Positions 43,537-46,101 of a stretch of DNA of 46,101 nucleotides are shown here, piece after piece. The first letter of the stretch is position 1, and every line of letters starts with the position of its first letter. The stretch lies in assembly GCA_023150835.1 (NCBI GenBank), contig JAKLKB010000039.1:1-46101 (forward strand). Direction: 5' to 3'. This stretch comes from Myxococcota bacterium (lineage in GTDB: Bacteria > Myxococcota_C > UBA6777). The position numbers and the translations under genes are program-made. The notes under the pieces were generated by a model. The model was not told the DNA's origin. It did not search any database and saw only the letters and a program-made list of their open reading frames with translations.

Positions 43537-45006
43537 ATGCGAAACCATCACGCTCCACCCCTGCGCGTGCTCTTCGTCGGTCTGCTGTTTGCTTTTTCCA
43601 TCTTCGGCTATCTCGAAGCCTGCGGCCCCCAAGCCACCTCTTGTAAAGCAGACAGCGATTGCAGCGCCCAAGAATATTGCGCACCAACCAGCGGACAAAG
43701 CATCTGCACCAAACGCTCCGAATCCAGCACCGACGCCAGTCCCTCCGAAACCACCTCCGAAACCACCTCCGAACCCCGCACCGAGTCCGCACCAGACGGA
43801 ACCCCCGAAGCGGAACCCCAGCCTGAGACCGCCGTAGAAAAAACCCCTGAACCCCAACCCGAACCGACCCCTGAGATCCGACCCGATACCCCCACCACCA
43901 CAAACTGCGATATCCCTGCTTATGATCCCACCAAAGATCCCGGAAATGGCGGAAAGGCCGTCCAACTCGATAACCTCGATCAGTCTTTCTTCCGCAAACT
44001 ACGCGAGATCTTCTACATCAGCCAACAATGCAGCGAAAAGATCTGGGGCGGTTCTTACCAACTGCACAAAGTCCCCACCTACGTCGCCAATATCGGCCCA
44101 AATGCGGGTGGATCAGGAAAAGGCGTGCGTGGCTTTTTGATCAATCACCCCAATCCCCCCCAAGGCAGCGCCCTTGTTGATACCAAATCGGTCTTCGGTA
44201 TCCCCAACGTCTACGCCTATGATGGCGCAATCAAGGATATCACCCAACCCGGCTTTATGTTCGATCTTTCCATCAACAACGTCCCTATGTATGCGTTCTC
44301 TTACGGAACCAGCGACTTTTATATCGACCCCACGCAGGGCAACGAAGTCTTCGCCCTCTACGTCCACGAAGGCTTCCACCGTGTCCAAGACTTCGAAGAA
44401 GCATGGACCTATCCCAACGGCATCCAAGATCCCACAGGCTATCCCTACAACACCGAACAACTCACCCTTTCCATGCTCGAAGACGCTGTCCTCATCGACG
44501 GATACAAGGAAAAGATCACCGCCGAACAAGCCCTTCAGTGGTTTTATGCCATCCGAAAAGAACGCATCAAGATCGACAACAGCCCCAACAAGCTGATCCA
44601 ATCCCTCGAAAACTTCCAAGAATGGCTCGAAGGTACCGCCATGTACAGCGAGATCCTTTATCTCGGTCTTCTCAAGATCCCCTACCCTCTAGACGATCCC
44701 AACTCCATCCCGGGGCGTCTTGAACTGTTGCGCCTCGCCGAGACCGATCCCAACCTCACCAAAGAAGGCGTCATCGGCACTCTTGGCGGAAGATACTACG
44801 CCAGCGGAGCCGCACAAGGCGTTCTCCTCGAACGCCTCGGCAACAAGACTTGGAAAGAGCAGATCCGCAAAGGTCAAACCTTTTATGATATCCTTAACGG
44901 ACTCTATCCGAGCCTCCAAACAGATCCTCTTCTTCAACAAGCCAAGACAAAATACGATTACGAAAGTCTCAAAAAGATCGGACAAAATCTCGCAGCACGC
45001 CAATAA
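43537..45006 (+). CDS. Lipoprotein zinc metallopeptidase (gluzincin-like), copy 2 with a longer Pro/Glu/Thr linker
   Basis: Near-identical to copy 1; HEGFH and EGTAMYSE retained. Confidence 0.75.
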   Translation: MRNHHAPPLRVLFVGLLFAFSIFGYLEACGPQATSCKADSDCSAQEYCAPTSGQSICTKRSESSTDASPSETTSETTSEPRTESAPDGTPEAEPQPETAVEKTPEPQPEPTPEIRPDTPTTTNCDIPAYDPTKDPGNGGKAVQLDNLDQSFFRKLREIFYISQQCSEKIWGGSYQLHKVPTYVANIGPNAGGSGKGVRGFLINHPNPPQGSALVDTKSVFGIPNVYAYDGAIKDITQPGFMFDLSINNVPMYAFSYGTSDFYIDPTQGNEVFALYVHEGFHRVQDFEEAWTYPNGIQDPTGYPYNTEQLTLSMLEDAVLIDGYKEKITAEQALQWFYAIRKERIKIDNSPNKLIQSLENFQEWLEGTAMYSEILYLGLLKIPYPLDDPNSIPGRLELLRLAETDPNLTKEGVIGTLGGRYYASGAAQGVLLERLGNKTWKEQIRKGQTFYDILNGLYPSLQTDPLLQQAKTKYDYESLKKIGQNLAARQ

Positions 45007-45128
45007 TACGGGAGACGAGAGATGTGCGATCACAAGGGTCGGTGCGATTCGCTGTAATTGCCCGATTCTTGGGCAGCCACAGGGGGCTGCCCCTACGTTT
45101 TACAATCACACGACGGGCGGATTCCGTA
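45007..45128. mobile_element. MITE-like family A copy flanked by TAA...TAA
   Basis: gggcagccacagggggctgcccctac...cggattccgta; the left TAA is the peptidase stop; taatacgggagacgagag repeated at 45004 and 45129. Confidence 0.7.
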
Positions 45129-45147
45129 TAATACGGGAGACGAGAGG

Positions 45148-45864
45148 CTACACTTTTGTCAGAAGTTCCGCTGTATGGAGATGGGGGATCTGATTAAAAG
45201 AGACCATCCCACGGCCTTTCGGAGAGACTGCGATCTCTGAGATAGAGGCGTTATAGAGTTGCCAACTCAGATCCATGATCGCTTCGGCGGAGATGTGATA
45301 GCACAATCCGACCGCCGCGCTGATCGTGCCTGCGGAAGTGAATACAGCCACACGTTTGCCGTGTCCTTCGGTGCGATGGATGGTGTCCAACGCATCCTGC
45401 ACTCCCTCCAAAAAGCGCGAAAATGGCCCCACTTCGGGAAGATGGATCTCGCCCCGAATCCACATATGCATGCTTTGAACAAAAGCCCGCATCCCAACAC
45501 GCGGATCACCCTTTTGCCCAGCAGCACGCGCCAAAAAAGCCTCACGGATCGCTTCGTCTTGTTCCATCAGTCGCGGCAATGCATGTTGAAACACAGCAAG
45601 CCCACCATGCTCATCCAGCCCCGCCAGTTCGGTCACTTCAGGCCAAGGCAATCCCTGTTCTCGGTACACTCGCTCGATCACCTCCATCGTCTCGCGTTGA
45701 CGACGCAAAGACCCCCGATACACCGCATCGATCCGCACATCCCACTTCGCCCAATACTCCCCCAACAAACGTGCTTGTTGTTTGCCCATCTCTGAAAGTC
45801 GATCATAATCCCCGCTCATAAAGTCTGCGGCCTTGCCATGCCGCACCAGCATCACCGTACTCAT
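45148..45864 (-). CDS. Histidine phosphatase (phosphoglycerate mutase-like) family protein
   Basis: LVRHG, LS..GKQQA, GSLRRQRET, LDE, VFTSAG, NASIS; GAGGA RBS before ATG 45864. Confidence 0.88.
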   Translation of the reverse strand: MSTVMLVRHGKAADFMSGDYDRLSEMGKQQARLLGEYWAKWDVRIDAVYRGSLRRQRETMEVIERVYREQGLPWPEVTELAGLDEHGGLAVFQHALPRLMEQDEAIREAFLARAAGQKGDPRVGMRAFVQSMHMWIRGEIHLPEVGPFSRFLEGVQDALDTIHRTEGHGKRVAVFTSAGTISAAVGLCYHISAEAIMDLSWQLYNASISEIAVSPKGRGMVSFNQIPHLHTAELLTKV

Positions 45865-45899
45865 CCGTCCTCTCCGTTCTTCGCTGCTCATAAAACTTA

Positions 45900-46011
45900 C
45901 ACGATATCCGCAAGATGTGTGATCGAAGGATCGTGCGTAGACACCCGACTGTTGGGCAGCCACACCTGTCTGCCCCTACGTTTTGCGATCACACGGTGGG
46001 CGGATCTCGTA
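45900..46011. mobile_element. MITE-like family A copy (112 bp)
   Basis: TTA|cacgatatccg...gggcagccacacctgtctgcccctac...cggatctcgta. Confidence 0.78.
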
Positions 46012-46101
46012 TTCTACCTCTTCTACCTCTTCTACCTCTTCTACCTCTTCTACCTCTTCTACCTCTTCTACCTCTTCTACCTCTTCTACCTCTTCTACCT
46101 C
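46012..46101. repeat. Perfect 9-bp tandem repeat (TTCTACCTC) x10 running to the window end
   Basis: Read directly from the sequence. Confidence 0.97.

Noticed and set aside
41241-45006. Diversity-generating retroelement template/variable repeat pair
   Set aside because: Whole genes are duplicated, the differences are not adenine-specific, and there is no reverse transcriptase.

Overview
About 46 kb of chromosomal DNA from a probable Myxococcota-like deltaproteobacterium. This is inferred from MopE-type 'E-x-C-N/D-G-x-D-D/N-D-C-D/N-G' Cys-rich lipoproteins, a TIGR04551-like outer-membrane protein and a eukaryote-like Ser/Thr kinase. No rRNA, tRNA, CRISPR array, transposase or prophage is recognisable. 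Main contents: an orphan DpnA-like GATC methyltransferase in a strongly GATC-rich sequence; an Mrp/ApbC lacking CXXC; a four-gene OmpA / LysM-FecR-barrel / Cache-HAMP adenylate cyclase / Ser-Thr kinase-receiver operon; truD; an Ntn acylase coupled to an orphan minC with a very long His/Pro linker; a sigma-54 response regulator; a PHA locus (phaR, phaC, PhaC/PhaZ-like, PhaE-like, phasin-like) with no phaA/phaB but two acyl-CoA ligases, a Na+ symporter, an exported esterase and an outer-membrane barrel; and a tandem duplication of a Cys-hairpin protein plus HEXXH peptidase. Two MITE-like repeat families occupy most intergenic gaps. The best novel candidate is an unannotated ~300-nt noncoding RNA (22409-22711) divergent from the sigma-54 regulator. 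It has enhancer-like sites, an IHF-like site, a -24/-12 promoter, five consecutive long hairpins each with a CCC(C)U loop, and a U-tailed terminator. All calls are by motif recognition and manual pairing; no database searches were run.
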